Source: Ginglymostoma cirratum (taxonomy: Eukaryota). Taken from it: 64,000 nucleotides of DNA. Location: positions 38,550,112-38,614,111 of the forward strand of contig JAHRHZ010000018.1 in the NCBI GenBank assembly GCA_024137785.1, written 5' to 3'. How positions within the stretch are numbered: the first letter of the stretch is position 1; the number at the start of each line of letters is the position of its first letter. Shown here piece by piece: positions 38,011 to 49,920 of the stretch. Both the position numbers and the translations under genes were made by a program. The notes beneath the pieces were generated by a model. The model made no database searches. It was not told where the DNA came from and saw only the letters and a list, made by a program, of their open reading frames with translations.

Positions 38011-39929
38011 GCAAATGTTTAAAATAGCTGTTTGGGCTACTTGAGGAGCTTTTATTTACTTTCGGTCTTGCAAAGCTTGAGGAAGGGTGTGCGGCTGAAT
38101 CCTGATAAGGACGACAGAGGAGTGTCGTGACTGTTCGTGGAAAGGCTGTTTGTTATGGAGCTGTGGCTGCAGTTCCTGTTGATCAGTAAAACAGTGGGTG
38201 GTAGGGTTGAGGCTACATACACAATAAGCTCTACACAAAGGAAGAAAAACAAAGTCTTCATAGAAAACCCTAGTCCCCAAGGATTTGCAGGGACCATGTC
38301 TCCAATCTTTATCTCAATCAGGAACAAGCCTCCATTTCACAAAGGAACGGTTCATAGAACTGTATCACCTCCTACAACAGCTGCTAAACAGCACGAGGAG
38401 CACAGTCCATGACTTAATTCTTGCGCCTATATTCTTGCTGACCTGCAATGGCTCCCAACCAAGCAATGCCTTGATCTTAAACTTGTATCTTTGTTTTCAA
38501 ATCCCTCCGTGGCTTTTCCTCTCTCCCTACCTCAATTCTCCTCAAGCTCTATATTACTTTGAGATATCTGCCCAATTCTAGCCTCCTTGGCACCCCTGGT
38601 TTCAATCTCTTGACCACTGGAAGCCATATCTTTAGTTGCTTAAGCCCAATGCTCTGGCATTCCCTTCTTACCCAAACCTATTTTCATTTCCTCCTTTAGG
38701 ACAATACTTCAAACATTGGCCAAATTTTAGTCTTCAGACCTAATATCTCCTCATTCAATTTGGTGTTGTGTTTTGTTTCATAATGCTTCTTATGCATCTG
38801 GGCATGTCACAGATACTTCCGCTACAGAAGGAGACCATTTAGCCCTACACTATGCTGGCTCTTCATGCAGCAATCCAAAATCAACGGGAACAGATTTTCC
38901 TTGTCTAACTTTTCCAAACTTGTCCTAATCTTGTATGTCTCTATCAAATGGCCCCTCAAAATCCTTTGTTCCAGGAAAAACCCAGTGGCCCCATTATCAA
39001 CTCTTTGAAAACGCCACTGTCTTCCAGTCTGGGAAGTGACCAGTCACAACTATTCTTTGGTTCCTGTCATTCAGCCAACTTCATATCGATGTTGTCATAG
39101 TGCCTTTTATTCTATGGGCAATGGCTCAATATCAAGCTTTGTTTAATAATGCTCCTGTGAAACAATATTTTACCATGTTAAGAACTCTATAAATATACGC
39201 TCTTGTTGATCGAAGAGATGGACGACCACACCGAGGCAGTATATTTGAAAATAATCTATTTGAAACGAGGAATATTATAACTTGGCAATCATTTCTCTTC
39301 ATGCTAGTTTAATTCCATCATAGTTTTAGGATTAGTAAGTCTTTACAGCTAACTGTTCGGATGACGTAGGCACCCAGAAACGCCTAATGGGACAGTCTTG
39401 GGGGCTGGCTGGTGATTTTCAACCTAGTAAAATTAACAGACTGAAGTTAAGCGATTACTCACCATTGACTGATGGAATATTCTGATTGAATGATTTTCTG
39501 AACATGTCTTGCCAAGAATAATAGATTTCAGAAACATCTCTCAAAGTTTAATTATTTCTATAATCCAGTAATAGCTGCTTTTTTTGCCCTTATGATTGAA
39601 CCTTTTGGTTAGCATACCTGATTTACGGTTTTTAACTCATTTAATGGTCAGGGCAAGAGAACCAAGGAATAGGAACAGTAGGTCACTCAGTCCCTTAAAC
39701 CTGCTCTGTCACTGAATAAGATTCTAAGTAAACTGACGCTGAGAGAGGTGGGTATCAGATAGTTAGGTGAACTCTGCTGACCTTTATGGGAGGATTCAAC
39801 TCAAATAAAACCTCCAGGCCTACCACCAGACACCCTGGTAGATTCACTGCCTGGAGTTTGCCTGTTTAAAGAGGCTGTAGCAACACTGCACAGCAGTGGC
39901 CTGGAAAGTCTCTCAACATTGGGTTTCTA

Positions 39930-41790
39930 TAAGATGGAGGAGAAGAAGTGGGCTATTTGGCCCATCAAGGCTGCTCAATGATTTAATGAGATCATGGCTG
40001 ATCTGTTAAACTTCACCTCCCTTCCTACCCTTTCCCCATACTCAATTTCCTCACCAATTAAAAATCTATTTCAGCTTCAACTATTCTTAACGACCAACCT
40101 TGACAGCTCTGCAGTAAAGCATTCCACCGATTCACCACCCTCATAAGAAATTCCTAATCTTAGTCCGAAATAGGCAAGCACTAAGATTATGCCATCTGGT
40201 CCTAGACTCTCCCACAAGGGGACCCAACCTTTCCAAATTTATTTGGTGTGTTTCGGTAAGGTCTTCTCTCATTCTTCTAAACTCCAATGGATACAGGCCG
40301 AACCTACACAAACTCTCTTCATAAGAAAATCCATCCATTCCCAAAATCAACCCAGTGAACCTTCTCTGGACTGCCTCCAATGCCAGCGTATCTTTCTGTA
40401 AATAACAGGACCAAAACTGTTAACAGTATTCTGTAACAAATATGAATAGGGGTTATACAATTAATGTAGAACAGAGACCTAGGGGTTCAGGTACACAATT
40501 CTTTGAAGTTTGCATCACAGGTAGATAGGGTGGTTAAAAAGGCATTTAGCACACATGTTAATTGCTCAGTTCTTTGAGTACAGAAGTTGGGAAGTCATGT
40601 TGAGGTTGTACAGGACATCGAGGCAAAACCTCTTCCGGAATACTGTGTCTAGTTCTGGTTGCCCATTTATAGGAAGGATACTATTAAATTGGAGAGGGTT
40701 CAGAAGAGATTCACCAAGATGTTGCAGGGTATGGAAGGTATGAGTTATGAAGGAAGGCTGGACAGGCTGGGACCTTTTTTCACTGGCGCATAGGAGGTTG
40801 AAAGGTGACTTTATAGAAGTTTATAAAATAATGAGAGGTATAGAGAGAGTTAATGATAATTTTCTTTTCCATAGGATGGGGGATTTCACGACTGGGGAAG
40901 CCCAGTTTTAAGGCCAGCAGAGATTTAAAAAAAAAAAGACAATGAGGGGCAAATTATTTTTACACAAAGTGTGATTCACATGTGGAATGAACTTCCTGAT
41001 GAAATGAGTGTGGGTACAATTATGTTTAAAAGACATTTGGAAAAGTACATGAATAGGAAAGGTTTGGAGGGATATAGAACAGGAGCAGGCAGGTGGGTCT
41101 AGTTTAGTTTGGGACTGTATTTGGCATGGACTGGTTGGATTGAAGGGTCTGTTTCCATGCTGTATGACTCTATAACTAGGGCCTTGTATCGTTTTAGCAA
41201 GATTTCCTTCTGTTTATACTCATTCCCTCTTAAATAAAGGCCAATATTCTGTTTGCCTTCCTTGTTACTCATTGAACTTAGATGCTAGCATTTTGTAATT
41301 CATGCATGTGCATTACAAATCCCTCTATGCTGTAACTTGCTGCAGTCTGGCTATAATACATACATTCCCTCATCCATGGTACTAATGCATACTGTAAATA
41401 ATTGTGGCCCTAGCACTGAGCCCTGTGGCACTTCACTTGCTGCAGACTGCAATCCTGAAAAAGCCCCCGCTTATCCTAACTCTGTATTTTAGGAGTTAAT
41501 CAATCCTCCGTCTATGCTAATATATCAAACCTTCCTCCCTCATCAACCGGGTACCATGGGTACTCATTTGGCATTATGTATTGTACCTTACTGCATGCTT
41601 TTTGGAAATCCAAATATCTTACATCTACTGCTTCCCCTTTATTGATCCTATTTGTTACCTCCTCAGAGAATTCTAATAAATTTGTCAGGCACAATTTCCC
41701 CCTCATGAAGCTGTGCTGACTCTGCTTGACTTTATTTTGGGCTTCTAAACCCTATGGTATTACAACGGTCATATTAGATTCGAACATTTC
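39930..41790 (-). mobile_element. CR1/HER1-type LINE (minus) with a nested plus-strand CR1 3' fragment at about 40440-41175
   Basis: Minus-strand LEAVQRRFT...SYEE.L..GLY.LEFRRMR.DL and CLTNLLEF.EEVT..I..GEAVDV.YLDFQKA motifs; the insert ends in a tgtatgactctat tail. Confidence 0.8.
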
Positions 41791-42215
41791 CAAATGATAT
41801 ATCACTCATCTCTGCAGTCCAATCTGAGATCAGCAAGTACTGGGGATTCTTTCTTTGCAGTGCTCAATTAAGGAATGACAAGACTGAGGAATCCCAGTTG
41901 AAAACTGGGAGAGCCCAAGGGCGTTCAGGAGCCTGGTAGAAACATACTTGTTTCTCCTGGCACCCTAGAGATTCAAACAGAGGTAAAGATTTTAAACTTA
42001 CATTGGTAATTTTGGTTGGTCAGCTTCTCCTCTCATACTTCTGCTCCCAAATAGCACAGAGCATGAACATTCACTTCCTGAATATTTAACATCAAGCTGT
42101 GGTGTCAATTGCATCAGAGATAAAAGGTACTGCAGATGCTGGAGAATCCGAGATAACAAGCATGGGGCTGGATGAACACAGCAGGTCAAGCAGCATCATA
42201 GGAGCAGGAAAACTT

Positions 42216-42243
42216 GACGTTTCGGGCCGAGACCCTTCATCAG
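42216..42243 (-). ncRNA. Minimal hammerhead ribozyme core, sense to the RPS6KC1 pre-mRNA
   Basis: AUUU CUGAUGA A GGGU-CUCG-GCCC GAAAC GUC AAGU: all core nucleotides present, and a 4-bp stem I is possible. Confidence 0.72.
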
Positions 42244-42483
42244 AAATGGGGGAGGGGAAGAGGGTTCTGAAATAAATAGGGAGAGAGGGGGAGGCGGATA
42301 GAGGAGAGGATAGGTGGAGAGGAGGCAGACAAGTCGAAGAGGCGGGGATGGAGCCAGTAAAGGTGAGTGTAGGCAGGGGGGTAGGGAGGAGATAGGTCAG
42401 TCCAGGGAGGACGGACAGGTCAAGGGGGCGGAATGATGTTAGTAGATAGGAGATGGGGGTGGGGCTTGAGGTGGGAAAACAGG

Positions 42484-43068
42484 TTAGGGAGGTGGAGATG
42501 AGCTGGGCTGGTTTTGGGATGCGGTTGGGGGAGGGAAGATTTTGAAGCTTGTGAAATCCACATTGATACCATTGGGCTGCAGGGTTCCCAGGCTGAATGT
42601 GATTTGCTGTTCCTGCAGCCTTCGGTTGGCATCACTGTGGCATTGCAGGAAGCCCAGGATGGACATGTCGTCTGAGGAATGGAAGGGGGAGTTGAAATGG
42701 TCCGCGACTGGGAGGTGCAGTTGTTTGTTGCGAACTGAGCGCAGGTGTTCTGCGAAGCAGTCCCCAAGCCTCCGCTTGGTTTCCCCGATGTAGAGGAAGC
42801 CACAACGGGTACAGCGGATGCAGTATACCACATTGGCAGATGTGCAGGTGAACATCTGCCTGATGTGGCAAGTCTTCTTGGGGCCTGGGATTGGGGTGAG
42901 GGAGGAGGTATGGGGGCAGGCGTAGCACTTCCTGCGGTTGCAGGGAAAAGTGCCGGGTTTGGTGGGGCTGGAGGGGAGTGTGGAGCAGACAAGGGAGTCG
43001 CGGAGGGAGTGGTCCCTCCGGAAGGCAGATAAGGGTGGGGAGGAAAAAATGTCTTTGGTGGCAACCAA
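42484..43068 (-). pseudogene. Truncated PLE ORF: GIY-YIG endonuclease domain, reading frame still open
   Basis: PCNRRKCYACPH...NVVYCIRCTRCGFLYIGETKRRLGDCFAEH...VADHFN...QPNGIN has the VVY/YIG, R..EH, HF and GIN motifs of PLE GIY-YIG endonucleases; the RT domain is missing. Confidence 0.88.
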
Positions 43069-45739
43069 AAAGGATTCCCCTCGTCCTCACGTACCACCCC
43101 ACCAACCTCCGGATCCAACGCATCATCCTCCGACACTTCCGCCATCTGCAATCAGACCCCACCACCAAAGACATTTTTCCCTTGCGGGGAACCGCTTCGC
43201 AGAACACCTGCACTCAGTTCGCAACAAACAACTGCACCTCCCAGTCGCGAACCATTTCAACTCCCCCTCCCATTCCCCAGACGACATGTCCATCCTGGGC
43301 CTGCTGCAGTGCCACAATGATGCCACCCGAAGGCTGCAGGAACAGCAAATCATATTCAGCCTGGGAACCCTGCAGCCCAATGGCATCAATGTGGATTTCA
43401 CAAGCTTCAAAATCTCCCCTCCCCCAACCGCATCCCAAAACCAGCCCAGCTCATCTCCACCTCCCTAACCTGTTTTTCCTCTCACCCATCCCCTCCTCCC
43501 ACCTCAAGCTCCACCCCCATCTCCTATCTACTAACATCATCCCGCCCCCTTGACCTGTCCGTCCTCCCTGGACTGACCTATCTCCTTCTTACCTCCCCAC
43601 CAATACTCACCTTTATTGGCTCCATCCCCGCCTCTTTGACCTGTCTGCCTCCTCTCCACCTATACTCTCCTCTATCCACCTCCCCCCCCCTCTCCCTATT
43701 TATTTCAGAACCCTCTTCCCCTCCCCGATTTCTGATGACGGGTCTAGGCCCAAAACGTCAAGTTTTCCTGCTCCTATGATGCTGCTTGACCTGCTGTGTT
43801 CATCCAGCCCCACACCTTGTTATCGTCGTGTCTACTGCACTCTTGTTGTTCTGCAACTTTTGAATCTTAAGTAGACCTTGCATGCTTTTAACAAGGATTC
43901 CAGAAACGGAACTACTGCTGGAATTACGGTGGCTGAGAGCAGGCAGATCGGATGTGACACGTTAAAGTCAAGGCCAAACTGATTGTGTGTTATTGACAAT
44001 AAATTGGACAGACACCATGAAACACCTTGCTTCAGTTGCTGAGCTTATGAGCAGCAAAAGGGGTTTTCAGAATGTGGCATTACCAAATGCTTTGGGCACA
44101 AGTTAATACCTACACTCTGTAGGGTACAAGGCTTTTTGCCTCATGTAACAGATTAATTTAGGATATATTAGTTAATGTGGAATTTCAGCTGTACTTTAAT
44201 TCAGTTCCTTCATACCGCCTTGCTCATAAGTGCCAAATCAGGTGCCTTTTGTGTAGCATCATCAGAATTCACTATTGATTTTTAACAAAGCAGCATTAAT
44301 TACAATGCTTCTCATTTATTTCTGGAAATGTGCTGGTGAGAAGACACCACAAAAAAAAAATCAACTCAGGATTTTGACTGAATTCGCAACAAAAATATTA
44401 ACTAAATCAGCATTGTGCTTGCTGACAGCAGTTCATTTTGATATTTTGCACTGAAGTCTCTTGAAACATAATAAGATACCCCAATAATCAAAGTCAGACA
44501 GAGGCTTCAGAAAACTCCAGAAATTCTTAGGCGTGAATGAGTTAAGTAACACAGACTCAGTACTAAAGCAAATTTGCCAGTGGGTGTATTATATAAATGT
44601 AAGTTTGAGTATGAGCCAAAAAAAAATTCAATGTCAACTCTGAAAGAGGAAGACTGTTGTTGAAGTAAAACATTTCATGATTATCAGTATGGTGAGGCAG
44701 GTTCCGTTTTCAAATGAAGGAGTTCCACCTGTCCTTTAAGAAAAATATTTTCACGCAACGGAAGAAACTGCACACTTCCCACTAAGATATCAATACTTCC
44801 CCAAAAGTACTGAAAGCAAATGAGTTAAGAGACTAAGAGAGATTTTTATTACTTACTGTGTATCACCTATATCTTCAATGTTTGACTTTGTCTAATTCAA
44901 ATAAGAGGAAGAACAGCTACCCACTTTAGAGAAACAACAAATCTATTGTTCTTAGAATGCCCAAGAATATCCTCTGCTTCACAGCAACTTCCTATAACCT
45001 TAAATAAATTGTCAAATCCCACTTCTAAATGAAAAGAATCAATTATTGTAGAGCTATTACTACAATTCTCTTATTTATAAATATGTTTTATTTAAATAGT
45101 GATTGTTGATAACATCAGAAAGAATGGTTTTCTGTCAAAATTTGATCCTCCCTGATCATAGGGAAATGAACTGAAACAGGAGATACAACTGTTATTAATG
45201 CCACTTCTCAGCAATTGTTAATTTCAGCTGTGAATATTAAAGATAAGGCCTTATTGTGTAATGAAGGGCATTTTAATATGAAGAAAACAAACTGGAACAA
45301 TAATATCAATTGATTTAAGAGAATTTTCTACTTTTCTCCTCTGATGTACAGCCTACTGAGTCACATATACAGATGATGGCCATTTGGCACATCTCAATTC
45401 ACTAATAATGACACCCAGAAGCCTGACATTCCATAATGCTTTTCTTCAAATGATTTGAGGAATAACAGCTAGCCCACTTGGTCAGACAGCTATCCCAGGT
45501 ATTGATCACTCTATGAGGAAAACCTTCTGATAAACAATCCCAAAGTTACTTTTCACTTGTGTTGTTTGGTGTTCCTTGTCCTACATCTAGTTTAAATTAA
45601 CTCTTTATACCATTTACTATCATTTATACTTGTACCTTCTTAATTACCTCCTTTTGAACAATAAAGCAAATTGCATTCATAAAGTGCCTTGAAGATAATA
45701 AAATATTCAAAAGTGCTTCACTGTTGGCATGTCATTGGG

Positions 45740-46385
45740 CGAGTGATCCAGAGGACCAGAATGGCACGGTGGCTCAGGGGTTAGCACTGTTACCTCAGTG
45801 ACCTGAGTTCAATTCCAGCCTCAGGTGACTGTCTGAGTGTAGTTTGCACGTTCTCTCCGTGAGCTTCCTCTGGGTGCTCCAGTTTCCTCCGACAGTCCAA
45901 AGATGTGCAGGTTAAATGGACTGACCATGCTAAATTGCCCCATATTGTCCAGGAATGTGCAGGTTAGCTAGGTTAGCCATGGGAAATGCAGGGTCACAGG
46001 GATAGGGCCGGGGATGTGGATGGGTTGGGTGGGAAGCTCTTTGGAGCATCAGTGCGGACTCAATGGGCTGAATGACCTGCTTCCACACTACAGGGATTCT
46101 ATGATCTCTTGCTCTGGGGACATGGGTTCAAATCCCACTAGGGAAGCTGGTGGAATCAAATTCAGTTAAAATCTGAAATTAAAAGGTAGTCACAGTAACA
46201 ATGACCACGACCTAAAAAAATTCATTTGTTTCAGCAAATTTGCTGTTTGTACCCAGTCTGGTCTACATGTGACTCTAGACCATAGTAATGTGGTAAACTC
46301 TTCAATGACCTAACAAGCCACTCTATGAATGGACAATAAAGGCTGTCCTTGCCAGTGATGCCTAAATCTCATGAAAGAATAAAAG
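45740..46385 (+). mobile_element. tRNA-derived SINE (SlmI/MetaSINE-like) split by a nested HE1/V-SINE
   Basis: Head gtgatccagagg...gctctggggacatgggttcaaatcccac; core gtctggtctacatgtgactctagaccc; tail caataaaggctgtccttgccagtgatgcc. Confidence 0.65.
45762..46105 (+). mobile_element. HE1/V-SINE, near full length
   Basis: tRNA-like A/B boxes (ggcacggtggctcag..gttagc; gagttcaattcc), V-domain gtttgcacgttctctccgtg...gtgctccagtttcctcc, tail gggattctatgat. Confidence 0.8.
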
Positions 46386-47259
46386 GAAAATAAGAATTGA
46401 CACTGAGCTGCATAAACAACATTAGGTGACCAAAAGAGAAGCTCCTTTAAGAAGCATCTTAAAAGGAGTAAAGAAAGCCTAAAAAGGTTTTGGGAGGAAA
46501 TTCCAGAGCTTTGGGACCAGACACTTAAGGTCACCAATGGTGATGCAATTAAAAAAGGGCAAACTCTAGAGGCCTACATTGAAGGTATACAAATGCCTCA
46601 GAAGATTGTAGGACCACGGTAGATTACAGTTAGAGAGAGATGAGACCACAAAGTGATCTGAAAACCAGGATGAAAATTTTAAATCAAGGCATTGCCTAAC
46701 CCAGTTTTTGTCAGTGAAGCCAACATTGGTCAGTGGTCAGGAAATGAGACTAGTGTGAATTAGGATATGGGCAGCAGGTTTGGATGACCTGAATTCTATG
46801 AATGGTAAAATGTGAAAGGCTGGCCAGGAGTGCATTGGAATAGTCAAGAAGCACCAATAATATGAAGGCTTCAAAAGGCATGTGAGCAGAGATGGGGTGA
46901 TGTCAAGTAATGCTTATGGGAGTTGAAATCGGCAGTTTTAGTACTGACGTCAGGATATGTGGTCAGAAGCTCAACTTGGGGCCAAATAAGGCACTTGGAA
47001 GACGCACAAGGGCAGCAACGTGCAACTGAATCATTTCACTCCAGGTGAAGGATATCAATGGCCATTACATGAGTAGCTCCTTAGCACCATAATTAGCTCC
47101 TGCAAGACTAAACCTACAGCTATTGGCGAGAGAAGCAATGCAATGAATTGCATCCTCACCAGTCTATCTGTTGACGAGATATCTATGACAATAAATCAGT
47201 AAGAGTGACCACCGTAAAGACCTGGTCAAGAGAAAATTCCCCAAGGGAACCCTGCGTTG

Positions 47260-48090
47260 GGTTGTGTGGACATTACTGCCGTCTGAAATACAACCTTTCA
47301 GAACAGATCTTGCATCTCAAATCCGGTCATCCCCATGTATAGTGGGCTGTCAGAGACAGGTAGACTCGAACCCAGATGTTTCCTTTTGCCGATGTAGGGA
47401 CACCACCACTGTGCCACGAGGCCCAGCAGAGCTATTTTCAACCCCACGGCCTGGCATACCACCTCACCCCACCATTACCATCAATGGAAGTGTGCGCCAA
47501 AATTCAGCCAGAAGCACCAAAAAGATTCAGTGGCCTTCCGAGGTCCTCAACATCCCAGGTGCCAGTAGCAGGTCAGAGGCTACAAATCCTGCAGAATGTT
47601 AATAACCTCCTGACCCCCTAAATCCTGTCCACCATCTACAAGGGGCGAATCAGGAGCATGATGGAATACACCCCGCTTGCCTGGATGAGTGCAGCCCCAA
47701 CGACCCTCAAGAAGCTTGACACCATCCAGGATAAAGCAGCCCACTTGACTGGCACTACATCCACTCGCTCCACCACTGACACGCAGTAGCGGCAAAGTGT
47801 ACCGTCTACGAGATGCACTGCAGAAATTCACCAAGGGTCCTTTGGCAGCGTCATTCACACACAGGATCTCTTACATCTAGAAGGACAAGGACAGCAGACA
47901 GACGGAAACACCGCCACCACCAGCTGTAAATTCCCCTCCCAGTTACTCACTGTCTTGACTTGAAAATGTAACCCCGTTTATTGAGTGCTATTGGGCCAAA
48001 TTCCGCTAACTCCCTCCCTATGACTGTAGTGGTTGAAGGCAGTTCATCACCATCTTCTCAAGGTTAACTAGGTATGGATAATAAATTTTA
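47260..48090 (+). mobile_element. CR1-clade LINE fragments
   Basis: ccaccatctacaagg...atggaatacaccccgcttgcctggatg (TIYK..IRSMMEY.PLAWM) and the family 3' tail. Confidence 0.7.
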
Positions 48091-48264
48091 GTAAAAGCTG
48101 GTCCCATGTACAAATAAAACATAGTTTTCTAATTCATTCATGGTGCATACTAGGCACAGCAAGAGCTATAGGTCCTGAAAAAAATCATGCTGTTGTGGTG
48201 AAGACTTGTGCTCCAGAACTAGCTATGCCAAGCTTATTCAATACAACTACCCCACAGCCTTGAA

Positions 48265-48384
48265 ACTTCACAGGTCTGGCAGCATCTACGAAAAAAAATC
48301 AGAACATTTCGGGTCCTGTGGCCCTTCCTCAGAACAGATTTTTGTTCCTGATTTACAGCATCCACAGTTCTTTCAGTTTTTATT
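48265..48384. mobile_element. Short PLE-derived element (second family): hammerhead-like core on the minus strand (48303-48332), inverted tail, 10-bp TSD
   Basis: CUGAGGA A GGGCC-ACAG-GACCC GAAAUGUU; CAGCCTTGAA at 48255-48264 and 48385-48394. Confidence 0.8.
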
Positions 48385-48989
48385 CAGCCTTGAATCTCAC
48401 TCAACAAAGTGGGAAACTGCCCAGGTACATCTTTCAGGAATCAAGGATTATGGTGAGAGGACAGCTCAGTGCAGTCAAAGCAGAAAATCAAGTGTTCGAG
48501 ATTGAGTGGTTGTATAGTCAACTCCTTCCATTTCTTAGGCTCTTATATAATGTTCTGTCCACAAAAAGCAGGGCAAATGCAATCCAGACAATTACTGTCA
48601 TATTATCTACTTTCAATTATCAACATATTACGAGAGGCCAGCAGCAGAAAACAGACCCTGTCTGTTTCTAAACAAAGAAACTAATCCTGAGGTTTGGAAA
48701 TCAAAAATTCTAGGCACACTGAAGTTGGTTGCTATAATGTTCATTTTCCTTGTTTTGTTTAATGTGTTCTACACACAATAATTTTTTTTTAATTAAAACT
48801 AAAGTTAAATCTTGTGCCACAGGTTTATTGGTTAAAACAAACAAGGTATTTGGATTTCTCTGTTCCATAACAGGATCATAACACTGGATAGGAGGGCTGA
48901 ATCCCAGAGGGGATATGAAAGTGCCTATCCTCAACATCAAAGCAATAGAGGACTGAATGTAGCATTAGCAACCTTTGCAAAATGGAGTT

Positions 48990-49920
48990 CAATCAGAATC
49001 AGGGGAAAACTGTCCAATGCCTGAAGTCACAAGGAAGGTGGTTATTATTGTTGTAAACCAGCCCTAGGACTTCACTGCAGGACTTTCTCAGGGCATTGCC
49101 CTAGATCAAAGCATCTTTAAATACTTTATGAATAACCTTCCTGCTGTCAAGTTATAAATGGGAGATGTTCACCAATGGTTGCAGAGAACTCTCACCCTTT
49201 AGGAATGTAGTTGTTTATGGTCATGTGCACTAAGCCCTGGTCAACGTTCCACCTTGAGCCGAGAAGTTGTTAGTAAACACGTTAAGTGCCAGACAATGAA
49301 AAATGCCAAGGTGATAGGATCTATCTACGACCTGCATCATCCTACTTAACATTTAATATTATCATTACAGAATCCAGGAGTCATCACTGATCAGAAGCAT
49401 ACACCCTGCATTTACAAGAGCAAGTCAAAGACTGGGTATCCTGTAATGAGGAACTCACCTCCTAACTCCCAAAGCCTGTCAACATCTTCAAAGCACAATT
49501 CAGAAATTCAACATCATCTAGCACAAAGCAGCCTGAGGTACTAGCACCCTATCCACCACTTTCACTCTTTCCAGTACCAGCACCCAATGGTTTCATTGTG
49601 TACCATCTACAAGATCAAAGCAACCTGCCAAGGCTATCTGACATCATCCAAAACCACAATCTCTACCATCTAGAAACTCAGGCAGCAGACGCATGGGAAT
49701 ATAATCACCTGAAGCTCCCCTCAAAGTTCTGGAAATATATTGCTGTACCTTGATCATCATCCAAGTCAAAATCCTGGATCTCTTTATCCAACAATATTGT
49801 GGAAGCACCTTCACCAGATGGAATGCAGTGATTCAAGAAAGCAGGTCATCAACCACTTTCTTGCGGGCAATTAGGAATGGGTTGCTGGCCCAAGTACAAT
49901 GAATGGATGAAAAATAAACT
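48990..49920 (+). mobile_element. Degraded CR1-clade LINE 3' fragment
   Basis: Same family tail (ttcaagaaagcaggtcatcaaccactttcttgcgggcaattaggaatggg). Confidence 0.65.

Larger units (their letters stand above)
42114..43824. mobile_element. Penelope-like retroelement insertion with inverted (head-to-head) structure in an RPS6KC1 intron
   Basis: Left part (-) encodes a Cys-rich linker and GIY-YIG endonuclease; the right part (+) repeats the 3' ~640 bp in inverse orientation; imperfect 15-bp flanking repeat (12/15) at 42099-42113 and 43825-43839. Confidence 0.9.

Noticed and set aside
42420-43553. Several overlapping Pro-rich ORFs as novel genes
   Set aside because: They are alternative frames and antisense reads of the GC-rich PLE fragment.
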